64,000 nt of DNA from an uncultured Chloroflexia bacterium (GTDB lineage Bacteria; Chloroflexota; Anaerolineae; Anaerolineales; Anaerolineaceae), in contig OY969772.1 in the NCBI GenBank assembly GCA_963702935.1, forward strand, positions 2,588,615 to 2,652,614, in the 5' to 3' direction. The stretch's first letter is position 1, and the number at the start of each line of letters is the position of its first letter. The notes beneath the pieces are model-generated. The model was not told the origin of the DNA and did not search any database. It worked only from the letters and a program-made list of their open reading frames with translations. Below are positions 9,592 to 18,634 of the stretch, in pieces. A program made the translations under genes and the position numbers.

Positions 9592-11238
9592 TCACAGCTT
9601 TTCGCGCGTGTGCAGGCCGCCGGCGGAGATTTCCCATACCCGGCTGGCAAAGCCTTCGATGAAGTAACGATCATGCGCCGAGGCGATGACTGTGCCTTCG
9701 AAGGCGGAGAGGGCCTGTTCGAAGCGAGCGCGGGAAGCGATGTCCAGGTGATTGACCGGCTCGTCGAGCAGGAGCAGGTTGCAGCCGCGCGCCACCATGC
9801 AGGCCAGCGAGAGGCGCGCCCGCTCGCCGTAGGAGAGCTTCGCTACCGGGGTGAAGACCTCGTCGCCGGTGAACAGAAAATAGGAGAGGAAGGCGCGCGC
9901 GTCGGTCTCGGAGAAAGCCGCCTGGCGGCGCAGGCTGGTGAACGCATCGGCGCCGGGGTCCAGCTCTTCCTGTTCCTGCGCCATGAAGCCGGCCCGCACG
10001 CCGGAACCCAGGCGCGCCTGGCCTTTCACGGGCGGGATCGACCCGGCGATGGTGCGCAGCAGGGTCGTTTTCCCGCAGCCGTTGGGGCCGATCAGCGCCA
10101 CGCGCTCGCCATAGCGGACGGTTTCATTCAGGCCGGCGAGCAGGGCTTGTTCCCCATAGCCGGCGGAGAGGTCTTCCAGCACGACCACGTCCCTTCCGGT
10201 AGGAGAGGTCTCCCCAAAGGCGATCTTCATCTGCCAGCTCGCGCGGGGCTTTTCCACGTGATCTTCGTTGAGGAGCTGATCCAGGCGGCGCTCGAGGTGT
10301 TTGGCGCGCCCAACGGTTTCCAGGCCGCGGTTGGCGAAGAAGCCGCGCGCGAACTTGTCGTTGGTATCGGCTTTCCCGCCTTTGCGCGGACGCGCGAGAC
10401 CGCGCAGGTGGCGAGCGGCGGCCTGCAGGCGGGCAATTTCCTCCTGCTGGTCGCCGTATTCCTGCCTCTGGCGGGCCAGCTCGGCCTCCTTTTGCTCCAG
10501 GTAAGCGCTGTAATTGCCGGGGTAGGCGCGCAGGCGGTGCGTGGCGGCGTCCAGCTCGAGGATGCCGTTCGCCACCCGGTCGAGAAAGGCGCGGTCGTGC
10601 GAGACGACCAGCACCCCACCCTGAAAGGCCAGTATCCAGTCTTCCAGCCAGGCCAGCATGGCTAGATCGAGGTGGTTGGTGGGCTCGTCCAGCAGCAGCA
10701 ATTGCGGGGTGGAAAGCAGCACACCCGCCAGCGCCAGGCGCGTCTTTTGGCCGCCGCTCAGATTGGCGACCGGCGTATCCGGCGGCATTTCTCCCAGGCC
10801 GAGGGCCGCCAGGGTGGCCGGCCCCTGCCCGGCGCCCTCGGCGGCGGCTTCGAGGCGGGCCAGCACGTTGTCGTATTCCTCTTGCAAGTCGGCGCGTTGC
10901 GGGGCGCGGGCCAGGACTGCGGCCAGCTCTTCCAGGCGAGAGGTCAGAGCCGGCAGGTCGCCTTCCATGCGCAGGATGAAGCTGTCCAGGGTTTCTCCCG
11001 GGGCGGGCGCGAACCCCTGGGGCAGGTAGCCCAGGCGCAGGGCAGGCGGGTTGAAGCGCACTACGCCGGCGTCGGGCCGCTCCTGGCCGGCCAGGATGCG
11101 CAGCAAGGTAGTCTTCCCGCTGCCGTTCGGGCCGACCAGGCCCAGCCGGTCATGGCCGTTCAGCGTGAAGGAGACTTCGTTTAGGATGGTTTCAATACCA
11201 AAGGCTTTTGAGATTTGTTGTACCGTAAGCATGAGCAA
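9592..11238 (-). CDS. ABC-F family ATPase (two ABC domains, no TM domain)
   Basis: Two Walker A motifs (GPNGSGKTT, GPNGCGKTT) and two signature motifs (LSGGQKTRLAL, LSYGERARLSL). A charged interdomain linker of about 90 aa. No membrane domain. Confidence 0.9.
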   Translation of the reverse strand: MLMLTVQQISKAFGIETILNEVSFTLNGHDRLGLVGPNGSGKTTLLRILAGQERPDAGVVRFNPPALRLGYLPQGFAPAPGETLDSFILRMEGDLPALTSRLEELAAVLARAPQRADLQEEYDNVLARLEAAAEGAGQGPATLAALGLGEMPPDTPVANLSGGQKTRLALAGVLLSTPQLLLLDEPTNHLDLAMLAWLEDWILAFQGGVLVVSHDRAFLDRVANGILELDAATHRLRAYPGNYSAYLEQKEAELARQRQEYGDQQEEIARLQAAARHLRGLARPRKGGKADTNDKFARGFFANRGLETVGRAKHLERRLDQLLNEDHVEKPRASWQMKIAFGETSPTGRDVVVLEDLSAGYGEQALLAGLNETVRYGERVALIGPNGCGKTTLLRTIAGSIPPVKGQARLGSGVRAGFMAQEQEELDPGADAFTSLRRQAAFSETDARAFLSYFLFTGDEVFTPVAKLSYGERARLSLACMVARGCNLLLLDEPVNHLDIASRARFEQALSAFEGTVIASAHDRYFIEGFASRVWEISAGGLHTREKL

Positions 11239-11247
11239 CCTGTGTAG

Positions 11248-11277
11248 GAAAAGAAAACCGGAGGCAGAAGCCTCCGG
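11248..11277 (-). terminator. intrinsic terminator/attenuator in the ABC-F leader
   Basis: Minus strand reads CCGGAGGC-ttct-GCCTCCGG followed by TTTTCTTTT. It ends about 10 nt before the ABC-F ATG. Confidence 0.6.
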
Positions 11278-11340
11278 TCGATAACAAGACGTAACGTCGT
11301 GCGCCGATCTGGCACGTTCTACCTGAACAAGGGGGTTTTT

Positions 11341-11361
11341 TTACAGGTTGCTGCGAGTCAC
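11341..11361 (-). promoter_or_regulatory. candidate 6-codon leader mini-ORF (GTG ACT CGC AGC AAC CTG TAA)
   Basis: GGAGG (11370..11374, minus) lies 8 nt upstream of the GTG. The mini-ORF sits between a TATAAT box and the leader terminator. Confidence 0.4.
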
Positions 11362-11388
11362 GGGTGATACCTCCGAGCGAGTAAAAAA

Positions 11389-11394
11389 ATTATA
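11389..11394 (-). promoter_or_regulatory. candidate -10 box (TATAAT) for the ABC-F leader
   Basis: Perfect TATAAT on the minus strand about 150 nt upstream of the ABC-F ATG. The -35 is weak (tcgacc). Confidence 0.35.
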
Positions 11395-11554
11395 TCACAT
11401 TCCCGCCGGAAGGTCGATTTTGGCTTGCGCGCGAAGGTTGTTTCCCAATTAGGGTGGGGTACACCCTAAAAGAGGGTGTTACAATAGGGGCGGAGGGGTT
11501 GACTTCACGAATGGGGTTTGCCTGCTCCGATTCTCACACCTATCAGGGAGCCCT

Positions 11555-13033
11555 ATGGTACTCACTGTGATCGTAATCCTGCTGGTTATCCTGCTCGTCC
11601 TGGCGGCCGTCCTGTTCTTGCGCGCCGCTTTTTTCCCACTCATCGCCGAGCCTGTCGATCCTCCGGAAGAAATCGAGATCGATGACCAGCTCGTCGCCGA
11701 GCACCTTTCCCGCGTGATCCAGTTCGAGACGATCTCGCAATCTAATTCCAACTATTTCACCGGCTTGATCCAGGCCCTGGAGCGCATGTACCCGCGCTTG
11801 CACGCTACCCTGCAACGGGAGGTAGTCAGCGAATTCAGCCTGCTGTACACCTGGCCGGGGCGCGACCCGGCGAAAGATGCCCTCTTGCTCATGGCGCACA
11901 TGGACGTGGTGCCGGTCGAGCCGGGCAGCGAGAAAGACTGGACTTATCCCGCGTTCGCCGGTCAAATCGCGGAGGGTTACGTGTGGGGGCGCGGCACCCT
12001 GGACGATAAAGGCAGCCTGGTCACCCTGCTTGAGGCGGTCGAGTGGCTGCTCAAGAGCGACTTCCAGCCCGAACAAACGGTTTACCTGGCTTTTGGGCAG
12101 GACGAGGAAGTCGGCGGCCGCAAAGGCGCCCTGTGCATCGCGCGCCTGCTCCAGGAACGGGACGTACATCTGGAGGCGGTGCTGGATGAGGGCGGCGTGG
12201 TCGCTTCGGGCCTGCTGCAAGGCGTCGAGCGGCCGGTAGCCATGATCGGCGTGGCCGAAAAGGGCATGTTGACCCTGGAGCTGACGGCCGAGGGCAGCGG
12301 CGGGCATTCTTCCATGCCGCCGGCGCAGACCCCGATTGGCATCCTCAGCAACGCGATCAGTCGTCTGGAAGGACAGACCTTCCCGGCGGATCTGTCCCAT
12401 TTGCGCACCATGTTCAGCTACCTGGGGGAGGAGCCGTCGATTGGGCTGCGTCTGGTGATGGCCAACCTCTGGCTGTTCGGCGGAATCGTGAAGCGTCAGA
12501 TGTCGGCGCACCCGCAAACCAACGCCATGATCCGCACGACGATCGCCCCGACCATCTTCAATGCCGGCCTCAAGGAGAATGTGCTGCCGCGCCAGGCGCG
12601 CGCGATGGTCAACTTCCGCATGATGCCCGGCGAGGACACCGAATCGGTGCGCGCCCGGGCCGAGCGCATCATCGGCGATGCGCGCGTGCAGGTGGATTAT
12701 CCCCTGACCGGGGCGGGCTGGAATCCCTCGCCGGTCTCGGACACATCTTCGCTGGCTTATGCGCTCGTGGATCGCACCGTGCGCCAGATCTTCCCAGGCG
12801 CGCTGGCGGCGCCCTATCTGATGTCAGGGGCCACCGATTCGCGTTACTATCGCGATTTGAGCGATAACATCTTGCGCTTTACCCCCAACCGCATGAGCCC
12901 TGAGGATCTGGAGCGCGTGCATGGCGTCAACGAGCGCATCGCAGTGCAGGACTGCGGCTCGATGGTGCGTTTTTACGTGCAGCTTCTGCGCAACTTCAGC
13001 GACTATACTCGCGCACAAACACCCGAGGAATGA
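11555..13033 (+). CDS. M20 family metallopeptidase with N-terminal membrane anchor
   Basis: N-terminal TM. LLLMAHMDVVPVEP, GRGTLDDKGS and GQDEEVGG are M20/M25/M40 metal-binding motifs. AGGGAG RBS. Confidence 0.85.
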   Translation: MVLTVIVILLVILLVLAAVLFLRAAFFPLIAEPVDPPEEIEIDDQLVAEHLSRVIQFETISQSNSNYFTGLIQALERMYPRLHATLQREVVSEFSLLYTWPGRDPAKDALLLMAHMDVVPVEPGSEKDWTYPAFAGQIAEGYVWGRGTLDDKGSLVTLLEAVEWLLKSDFQPEQTVYLAFGQDEEVGGRKGALCIARLLQERDVHLEAVLDEGGVVASGLLQGVERPVAMIGVAEKGMLTLELTAEGSGGHSSMPPAQTPIGILSNAISRLEGQTFPADLSHLRTMFSYLGEEPSIGLRLVMANLWLFGGIVKRQMSAHPQTNAMIRTTIAPTIFNAGLKENVLPRQARAMVNFRMMPGEDTESVRARAERIIGDARVQVDYPLTGAGWNPSPVSDTSSLAYALVDRTVRQIFPGALAAPYLMSGATDSRYYRDLSDNILRFTPNRMSPEDLERVHGVNERIAVQDCGSMVRFYVQLLRNFSDYTRAQTPEE

Positions 13034-13060
13034 ATCTGGCCGGCGGCCGCGTAGGGGTAG

Positions 13061-13156
13061 GGCGGCTTTCACAAGCCGCCGCCCAGGGACGTGTAGTTCG
13101 GTAGGACGGCTTTCCAAAGCCGCCGTTTATGAGGGCGGGGAATGAAAGCCCCGCCC
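13061..13156. repeat. three consecutive GC-rich stem-loops (REP-like / terminator region)
   Basis: ggcggctt-tcac-aagccgcc (13061..13080). gacggcttt-cc-aaagccgccgt (13105..13126, imperfect). gggcgggg-aatgaaag-ccccgccc (13133..13156). All lie downstream of the M20 gene. Confidence 0.6.
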
Positions 13157-13326
13157 GGGGCGCCTTACATTTCCGTTAGGTGGGGACTCTTGAGCGCGAT
13201 TCCGAGTTACAATCGTGCCGTCTGGTAAAAATTTACAACTGAACAAAGATATGCATTATCCTCGGCGACGCGCCATCTGCCCCTTATCGTTACCTGCCGC
13301 GCTGAAATATTGTTTGGAGGTTTGAG

Positions 13327-14560
13327 TTGAAGCGCATTTCCATGGCACTTATCGTAGGGGGGATCGCTGTCCTGTTAGCCGGAATGGTCGCTCCGGCATA
13401 CGCACAAACGCCCGCCCCTACGCCACAGGCACAGGCTTGTATAGGCTGCACACCGAACGTGGCCGTCACCCCCGGCGCTTCTCCTGACGTTTCTACTACT
13501 GCCAGCTCGTCGGCTCAGGCCCTCAGCCTGCCGCCGCTGAAGGCGGTATTGATCGTGGGGCCGATCGTCAACAACGGCGACCCAACTCCCTATGAACAAC
13601 AGATGGATTTAGCCGCCAGCGAGCTGGCGAACAATAACGTCTCCGTGACCAAGCTCTACACCCCCCACGCCACCTGGACGCAGATCAAGGCGGCCGCCCA
13701 GGGAGCGCAGTTCCTCTTCTACGGCGGAGACGGCGTAGGCGGCTGGGCGAATAATGCGGTAGGCGGCTTCAGCCTGGATGACGGCATGATCTCTCCCGAC
13801 CAGATTTCGCAGCGAACTGAAGCTGGCCGCCAATGCCATCGTGATGATCAACGGCTGCTTCGCCGCCGGCTCTTCCGGGGACCCGAGCGAGGTGCTCACC
13901 AACGCACAGGCCCAAACGCGCGTGGCGCAATATTCCGACCCGTTCTTTGCGATCGGCGCCGGCGGTTATTTTTCGGATTGGTATCCGGACGCCTTCCAGA
14001 GCATCGTGCATTCTCTTTTCCAGGGAAAGACCCTCGGCCAGGCCTATCAAAGCTATACGGATTTCGCCTCGGGCTCGTTCGAGCAGTATTCGCATCCTGA
14101 TTACCCCTCCCTGGCCCTTTGGCTGGATAAAGGCGCTAAAAACTCCCAGAGCCTGTATAGCTATGCCTTCGCCGGCAAAGCCAACGCCACCCTGCAAGAC
14201 CTGTTTCCCCAGCCGACCATGGTGCTTTCGGCGACCAGCCTGATCTTCCTGGCCGACTCGAAATCCCCCCCACAGACGCAATCCGTGCACATCGATAATT
14301 CCACCAGCGGCACTTTTGACTGGACGGCCTCTTCTTCTACCATCCCCTGGGTGACCAACCTGCAGCCCAGCGTCGGAAAGAGCGGCACTTACCTGTCGAT
14401 CACGGTGGATGCTTCAAAACAGAGCGTCGGCACTCAGCTTGCCAAAATCACGGTGCAAACTTCCACACCGGGCATCCAGAATTCCAACCAGACGATCAAC
14501 GTTACCCTCAAGGTAGTCAGCCAGTTGGATCGCGCCTACCTGCCTGCGATTATAAGGTAA
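13327..14560 (+). pseudogene. secreted protein with a possible caspase-like (clan CD-like) core and a C-terminal Ig-like domain; frameshifted as assembled
   Basis: ORFs 13327..14100 and 13841..14560 are two halves of one protein. Signal peptide MKRISMALIVGGIAVLLAGMVAPAYAQ. Frame 1 reads ...DDGMISPDQIS, then the sense continues in frame 2 as ELKLAANAIVMINGCFAAGSSG. Frame 2 opens at 13790, so the shift lies within 13790..13815. Confidence 0.7.
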
Positions 14561-15995
14561 GGCTCCCCTTCTGGCGACCGTCGACCCGCCCAGGCTGCCG
14601 GTCTTCCCCCACGATCTCCAGGAATACCCTCACCACCTCCGGGTCGAACAATTTGCCATTCTGTTGGAGGATGTACTCTCTGGCTTTATCGATGGGCCAG
14701 GCCAGGTGATACGGCCGGTTGGAGAGCAGCGCATCCCACACGTCTACCACGGCAAAGATGCGCGCCGGCAAGGGAATCTCCTCGCCGCTCAGGCCGCGTG
14801 GATACCCCGAGCCGTCCCAGCGCTCGTGGTGACAATAAGGGATATCCAGGGCCGGGCGCAGGTAGGTGATGGGCTCGAGCATCTGGTAGGCGTAGGTGGG
14901 GTGGTCTTGCATAAGGGCCCGCTCTTCTTCGGTGAGAGGCCCCTTCTTGAGAAGGATGGTATCCGGAACGCCTATCTTGCCGATATCGTGCAGCAGCGCG
15001 CCGCGGCGCACGTGCACGAGCTTTTCCCCCTGAATGCCGAGCTTGCTGGCCAGCCTCACGGTCAATAGAGCTACGCGTTGGGTGTGGCCTTCGGTCTCGT
15101 GGTCGCGCAGCTCCATGGCGCGCGACCATCCGGCGATGGTGGCGTCGTAAGCCTGGGTGAGGTCCAGGTTCGAGCGTTGAAGCTGATCGACCAGGATGGC
15201 GTTCTGGATGGCGATCCCGGCGGCGTTGGCGGCGATGGTCAGCACCTCTATCTTGTCGGCGCTGAAGTAGTCGGGAGTGCTGCTCTGCACCTGAAGCAGC
15301 CCCACGACGGTTTCACGGGAAAGCATGGGCACGTAGAGCACCGCTTTGGGGGGAAGGGCATTCTCCAGAGAAGGGAAGTTGACCGGCGTGATCGGCATGG
15401 TCGGCAGGTCGTGGATGAGCAGGGGACGCCGGGCGCGGATGGCTGCTCGCGGTCCTTCATACCCTGGCAGTTCCAGCGGAATGGGGGCGTTGTGCGTTAC
15501 GGTCTCGTCTTCCCCTTCTTGATTGGTAAAGGTGCAATTGATCCATTGCTGTTCGTGGTTGTAAAGAGCGAGGCAGACGCTGCTGACCATGGGGACTAAC
15601 TCGCGGATGGCTTCCTTGAGGTGCAGATAGATCTCTTCCAGATCAAAGGTATCTGCCAGATTCTGGCCCAGGGAATTGATCGTGGCCAGATTTTCTGCGC
15701 GGCGTTGCAGCTCGGCATTATTCTGCTTGAGATCGCCCATCAGGTCGTTGCGGTCGCGATCGAAGGTTTGCCAGGCATCTTCACGCTGCTTCATTTCCCT
15801 GAACATCAAGATAAAGATGAGAGCTGCGCTCGCCAGAACGAACACTCCCCCCTTGTAGGTCTGGAGCTTGGTGATGAACGATGGATCGTGGCTGAGGCTC
15901 TCCACCAGGCGATCTGAGAAGAGGATCCATAGACCGGAGAAGACAGCATAGAGAAGCGCGGCGCGCAAGATGGGTAAAACCTTATTGGCTTTCAT
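14550..15995 (-). CDS. HD-GYP domain phosphodiesterase with N-terminal TM helices and GAF domain
   Basis: HTQRVALLTVRLA, HDIGKIGVPDTILLKKGPLT and HHERWDGSGYPRGL are HD-GYP motifs. A GAF-like middle region and two N-terminal TM helices. Confidence 0.9.
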   Translation of the reverse strand: MKANKVLPILRAALLYAVFSGLWILFSDRLVESLSHDPSFITKLQTYKGGVFVLASAALIFILMFREMKQREDAWQTFDRDRNDLMGDLKQNNAELQRRAENLATINSLGQNLADTFDLEEIYLHLKEAIRELVPMVSSVCLALYNHEQQWINCTFTNQEGEDETVTHNAPIPLELPGYEGPRAAIRARRPLLIHDLPTMPITPVNFPSLENALPPKAVLYVPMLSRETVVGLLQVQSSTPDYFSADKIEVLTIAANAAGIAIQNAILVDQLQRSNLDLTQAYDATIAGWSRAMELRDHETEGHTQRVALLTVRLASKLGIQGEKLVHVRRGALLHDIGKIGVPDTILLKKGPLTEEERALMQDHPTYAYQMLEPITYLRPALDIPYCHHERWDGSGYPRGLSGEEIPLPARIFAVVDVWDALLSNRPYHLAWPIDKAREYILQQNGKLFDPEVVRVFLEIVGEDRQPGRVDGRQKGSLTL

Positions 15996-16180
15996 TTTTC
16001 TTCATTGTCCAGTAGAGAAAAGAACCAGAAGGTTTAGCTTCGGGATGGATGCGTCTGCCCGTTCGACAGGCGATTTGGGCGAAACAGAGAATATGTATCT
16101 AATTATACATAATCGCGGGGTTGTTTGCTGATGGATTCGATCCCCCTGATTTTTCTTTCTCAAAACAAGCGCAATCCTCT

Positions 16181-16238
16181 CACCCTGGCCCTTTCCCGAA
16201 AGGATAAGGGCAGGGTGTGGCCTGAAAGACGGCCACAT
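16181..16238 (-). terminator. two stem-loops downstream of the thioredoxin-like gene (REP-like/terminator)
   Basis: caccctggccct...agggcagggtg and gtggcc-tgaaagac-ggccac. No clean U-tract. Confidence 0.35.
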
Positions 16239-16265
16239 CCTGCCCCGTGGCCTTGCGTTCAGCTT

Positions 16266-16946
16266 TTACAGGCGCGGATGGCTCGCCCAGCGGTTGTCTT
16301 GCCAGGCGCGGTTGGTGTGCTTGGGCTGTAGCTTCATCGAGCTGGCGCGCAGCAGCAGCTTGCTCAGCTCCTGTACCGTGGCAGTCTGTAGCTCCTCACG
16401 ATACCAGCCTTCCATCTCGTGTAGATAGACGCCGGTCATTTCGAGCAGCTTTTCTTTGCGGGCTTCTTCGTTCAGGCGCCGGTCGTGGTAAATGGCTGCC
16501 AGGCGCGGGCGGTGCTCTTCCCGCCATTGGGCGATGCGCCCATAGGCGGCTTCGGAGCGCTCTGACCAGCTAGTGATTTCGTTGAAGCTCTCGTCAAAAA
16601 AAGTGAACACCGGGAGATGCGTGATCCCGCGTTCCTCGTAGGCCGCGTTGAGCTCTCGCGCCCGGGAACGCCTGAAAATTCGCAGCTCCATAGCGGGCGC
16701 GAATTCCACGATGCGCTCCAGGATGGGCAGGCTCATCAACGAATCACCACTCCAATCTTCCGTCAGCGCCAGGGTATAAAGCGGCCCCACGACGCCATTC
16801 AGCAGCCCTTGTTCGTCAGGTGAAAGGGCGACTTCTCTCAAGCGCCGGCGCATTTCGGCCTGGTGCTTGCCCATGCTGTCTACGAACCCCTCCAACGTCA
16901 GACCCGTGCTCCAGTAAGCCAGGTCTACGATATTCTTGCCGTTCAT
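16266..16946 (-). CDS. thioredoxin-like family protein (Thioredoxin_9-like), active-site Cys replaced
   Basis: YTLALTEDWSGDSLMSLPILERI resembles the EDWCGDS motif of this family, with Ser in place of Cys. 226 aa. Confidence 0.55.
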   Translation of the reverse strand: MNGKNIVDLAYWSTGLTLEGFVDSMGKHQAEMRRRLREVALSPDEQGLLNGVVGPLYTLALTEDWSGDSLMSLPILERIVEFAPAMELRIFRRSRARELNAAYEERGITHLPVFTFFDESFNEITSWSERSEAAYGRIAQWREEHRPRLAAIYHDRRLNEEARKEKLLEMTGVYLHEMEGWYREELQTATVQELSKLLLRASSMKLQPKHTNRAWQDNRWASHPRL

Positions 16947-17020
16947 ATCTTACTCTCCTCAGGCAAACCTGCCCGGTGCAAGCCTTGAGAGCGCTTTCCC
17001 GCGCCCACACCTCGCTCCTA

Positions 17021-17341
17021 TCATTCTCCCTCCGCAAAGATCGGCAGCCAGTGGTAGGCCCAGTCGGAGAGCGCATCGATGATCGGCAGCAAGTCGTTTG
17101 CCTTGCCGGTTAGCTCATATTCTACGTGGAGCGGCGCCATCGAGATGGGGAAGCGCCGCACCAACCCTTCACTTTCCAGAAATTTCAACCGTAGGGAGAG
17201 CGTAGCAGGGTTGATCCCGCCGACCAGCTCTTGCAGCTCGCAGAAACGCCTGCGCTGGCGGAGGTGGTGAATAATCTGTAGGGTCCAGCGGGCGCCCAGG
17301 ATTTGAGCGGTGGCCGCTACCGGGCATGATTCATCCTTCAT
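17021..17341 (-). CDS. HxlR family transcriptional regulator
   Basis: CPVAATAQILGARWTLQIIHHLRQRRRFCELQELVGGINPATLSLRLKFLESEGLVRR is the canonical HxlR wHTH. Confidence 0.9.
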   Translation of the reverse strand: MKDESCPVAATAQILGARWTLQIIHHLRQRRRFCELQELVGGINPATLSLRLKFLESEGLVRRFPISMAPLHVEYELTGKANDLLPIIDALSDWAYHWLPIFAEGE

Positions 17342-17493
17342 AATAGAAACTCAACCAATAGAAGAATGCATACTATATTTTTCATATTACTTTATAAAAT
17401 ATAGCAAATATTATCTATAATGTCAATATATTTGTCAAATTCTTATTCAATGCTAATTATTTCCTTTGTGGTATCATATAGACCCTTTCGGGC

Positions 17494-18555
17494 ATGTTTC
17501 AAAAGAACTTTGCCCGGGTTCATCGACGACCTTGGCAAGGTGAGTGGACTGGATGGCGGCGGGGCAATCTTGTGATTTTCCTGTATCTCTTGATCGGCAT
17601 ATCGGCCCTATTCGACTTTCTCAGCGGCCTGCGAGATTCCGGCAATTTTGTGTCCACGCTCATCTCCACCCGCGCCCTCCCGCCGCGCACGGCTCTGGCG
17701 GTGGCTGCCATCGCCGAATTGGCCGGGCCGTTCATCTTCGGCGTGGCCGTGGCTTACACTTTTGGGAAAGGCATCCTCGATCCCCGCTATGTTTCCCTTA
17801 AAATCCTCCTGGCGGCCCTGATCAGCGCCCTGCTCTGGAATCTGGTCACCCTGGCGCTGGCGCAGCCCAGCAGCTCCACCCACGCTGTGCTGGGAGGCCT
17901 GGTCGGGGCGGCGCTGGTCGGCGCCGGAATCCAGGCGATCTACCCGGCGGGGCTGATCAAGACTCTGACGGCTCTATTCATCTCCCCATTGTTGGGATTG
18001 GCGGTAGGCTACGGGGTGACCCGGCTGGTCTTTTTCTTTTCGCGCTCGGCCACTCCGCGCGTCAACTCATTTTTCAGGTACATCCAGATTGCGACCAGCA
18101 TCGGGCTGGCGCTCAGCTACGGTACGAACGACGCCCAGAAAACCATGGGCCTTGTCACCCTCGCCTTGTTGACCGGCGGGGTGATCTCCAGCTTTTCCGT
18201 CCCTTATTGGGTGGTCTTGCTCAGCGCCGGCTCCATTGCCCTGGGGATCGGCATTGGCGGCTGGCGCGTGATCCGCACGCTGGGCGCAAAATTCTATCGC
18301 ATCCGGCCGGTGCACGGCTTTAGCTCGCAATTCTCCGCGACCCTGGTCATCCTGAGCGCTTCTCTGCTGGGCGGGCCGGTTAGCTCCACGCAGGTGATTA
18401 CGGCGTCCATCCTGGGAGCCGGATCGGCCGACCGCATCAACAAGGTGCGCTGGAACATCGCCGGCCAGATCCTGACGGCCTGGCTGCTGACCATCCCCAT
18501 TTGCGCTCTTTCCTCTGCCGGCATCTGGTGGTTGTTAGGCTTTCTCATGCCGTGA
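17494..18555 (+). CDS. inorganic phosphate transporter, PiT (PHO4) family
   Basis: Polytopic. FDFLSGLRDSGNFVSTLISTRAL and GTNDAQKTMG are PiT signature repeats. Confidence 0.9.
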   Translation: MFQKNFARVHRRPWQGEWTGWRRGNLVIFLYLLIGISALFDFLSGLRDSGNFVSTLISTRALPPRTALAVAAIAELAGPFIFGVAVAYTFGKGILDPRYVSLKILLAALISALLWNLVTLALAQPSSSTHAVLGGLVGAALVGAGIQAIYPAGLIKTLTALFISPLLGLAVGYGVTRLVFFFSRSATPRVNSFFRYIQIATSIGLALSYGTNDAQKTMGLVTLALLTGGVISSFSVPYWVVLLSAGSIALGIGIGGWRVIRTLGAKFYRIRPVHGFSSQFSATLVILSASLLGGPVSSTQVITASILGAGSADRINKVRWNIAGQILTAWLLTIPICALSSAGIWWLLGFLMP

Positions 18556-18634
18556 GCCGGGCGGCTTTGCGGAAAACTGTGTAAAATAAGCGTTGTGCGT
18601 ACTCTTATTATTTCAAAAGGTGGAGAGTCTGACA

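Noticed and set aside
9583-10665. 360-aa plus-strand ORF (and 10672..11184) opposite the ABC-F gene
   Set aside because: Antisense to a gene with unmistakable Walker and signature motifs. Composition is Gly/Ala/Arg-rich with no motifs.
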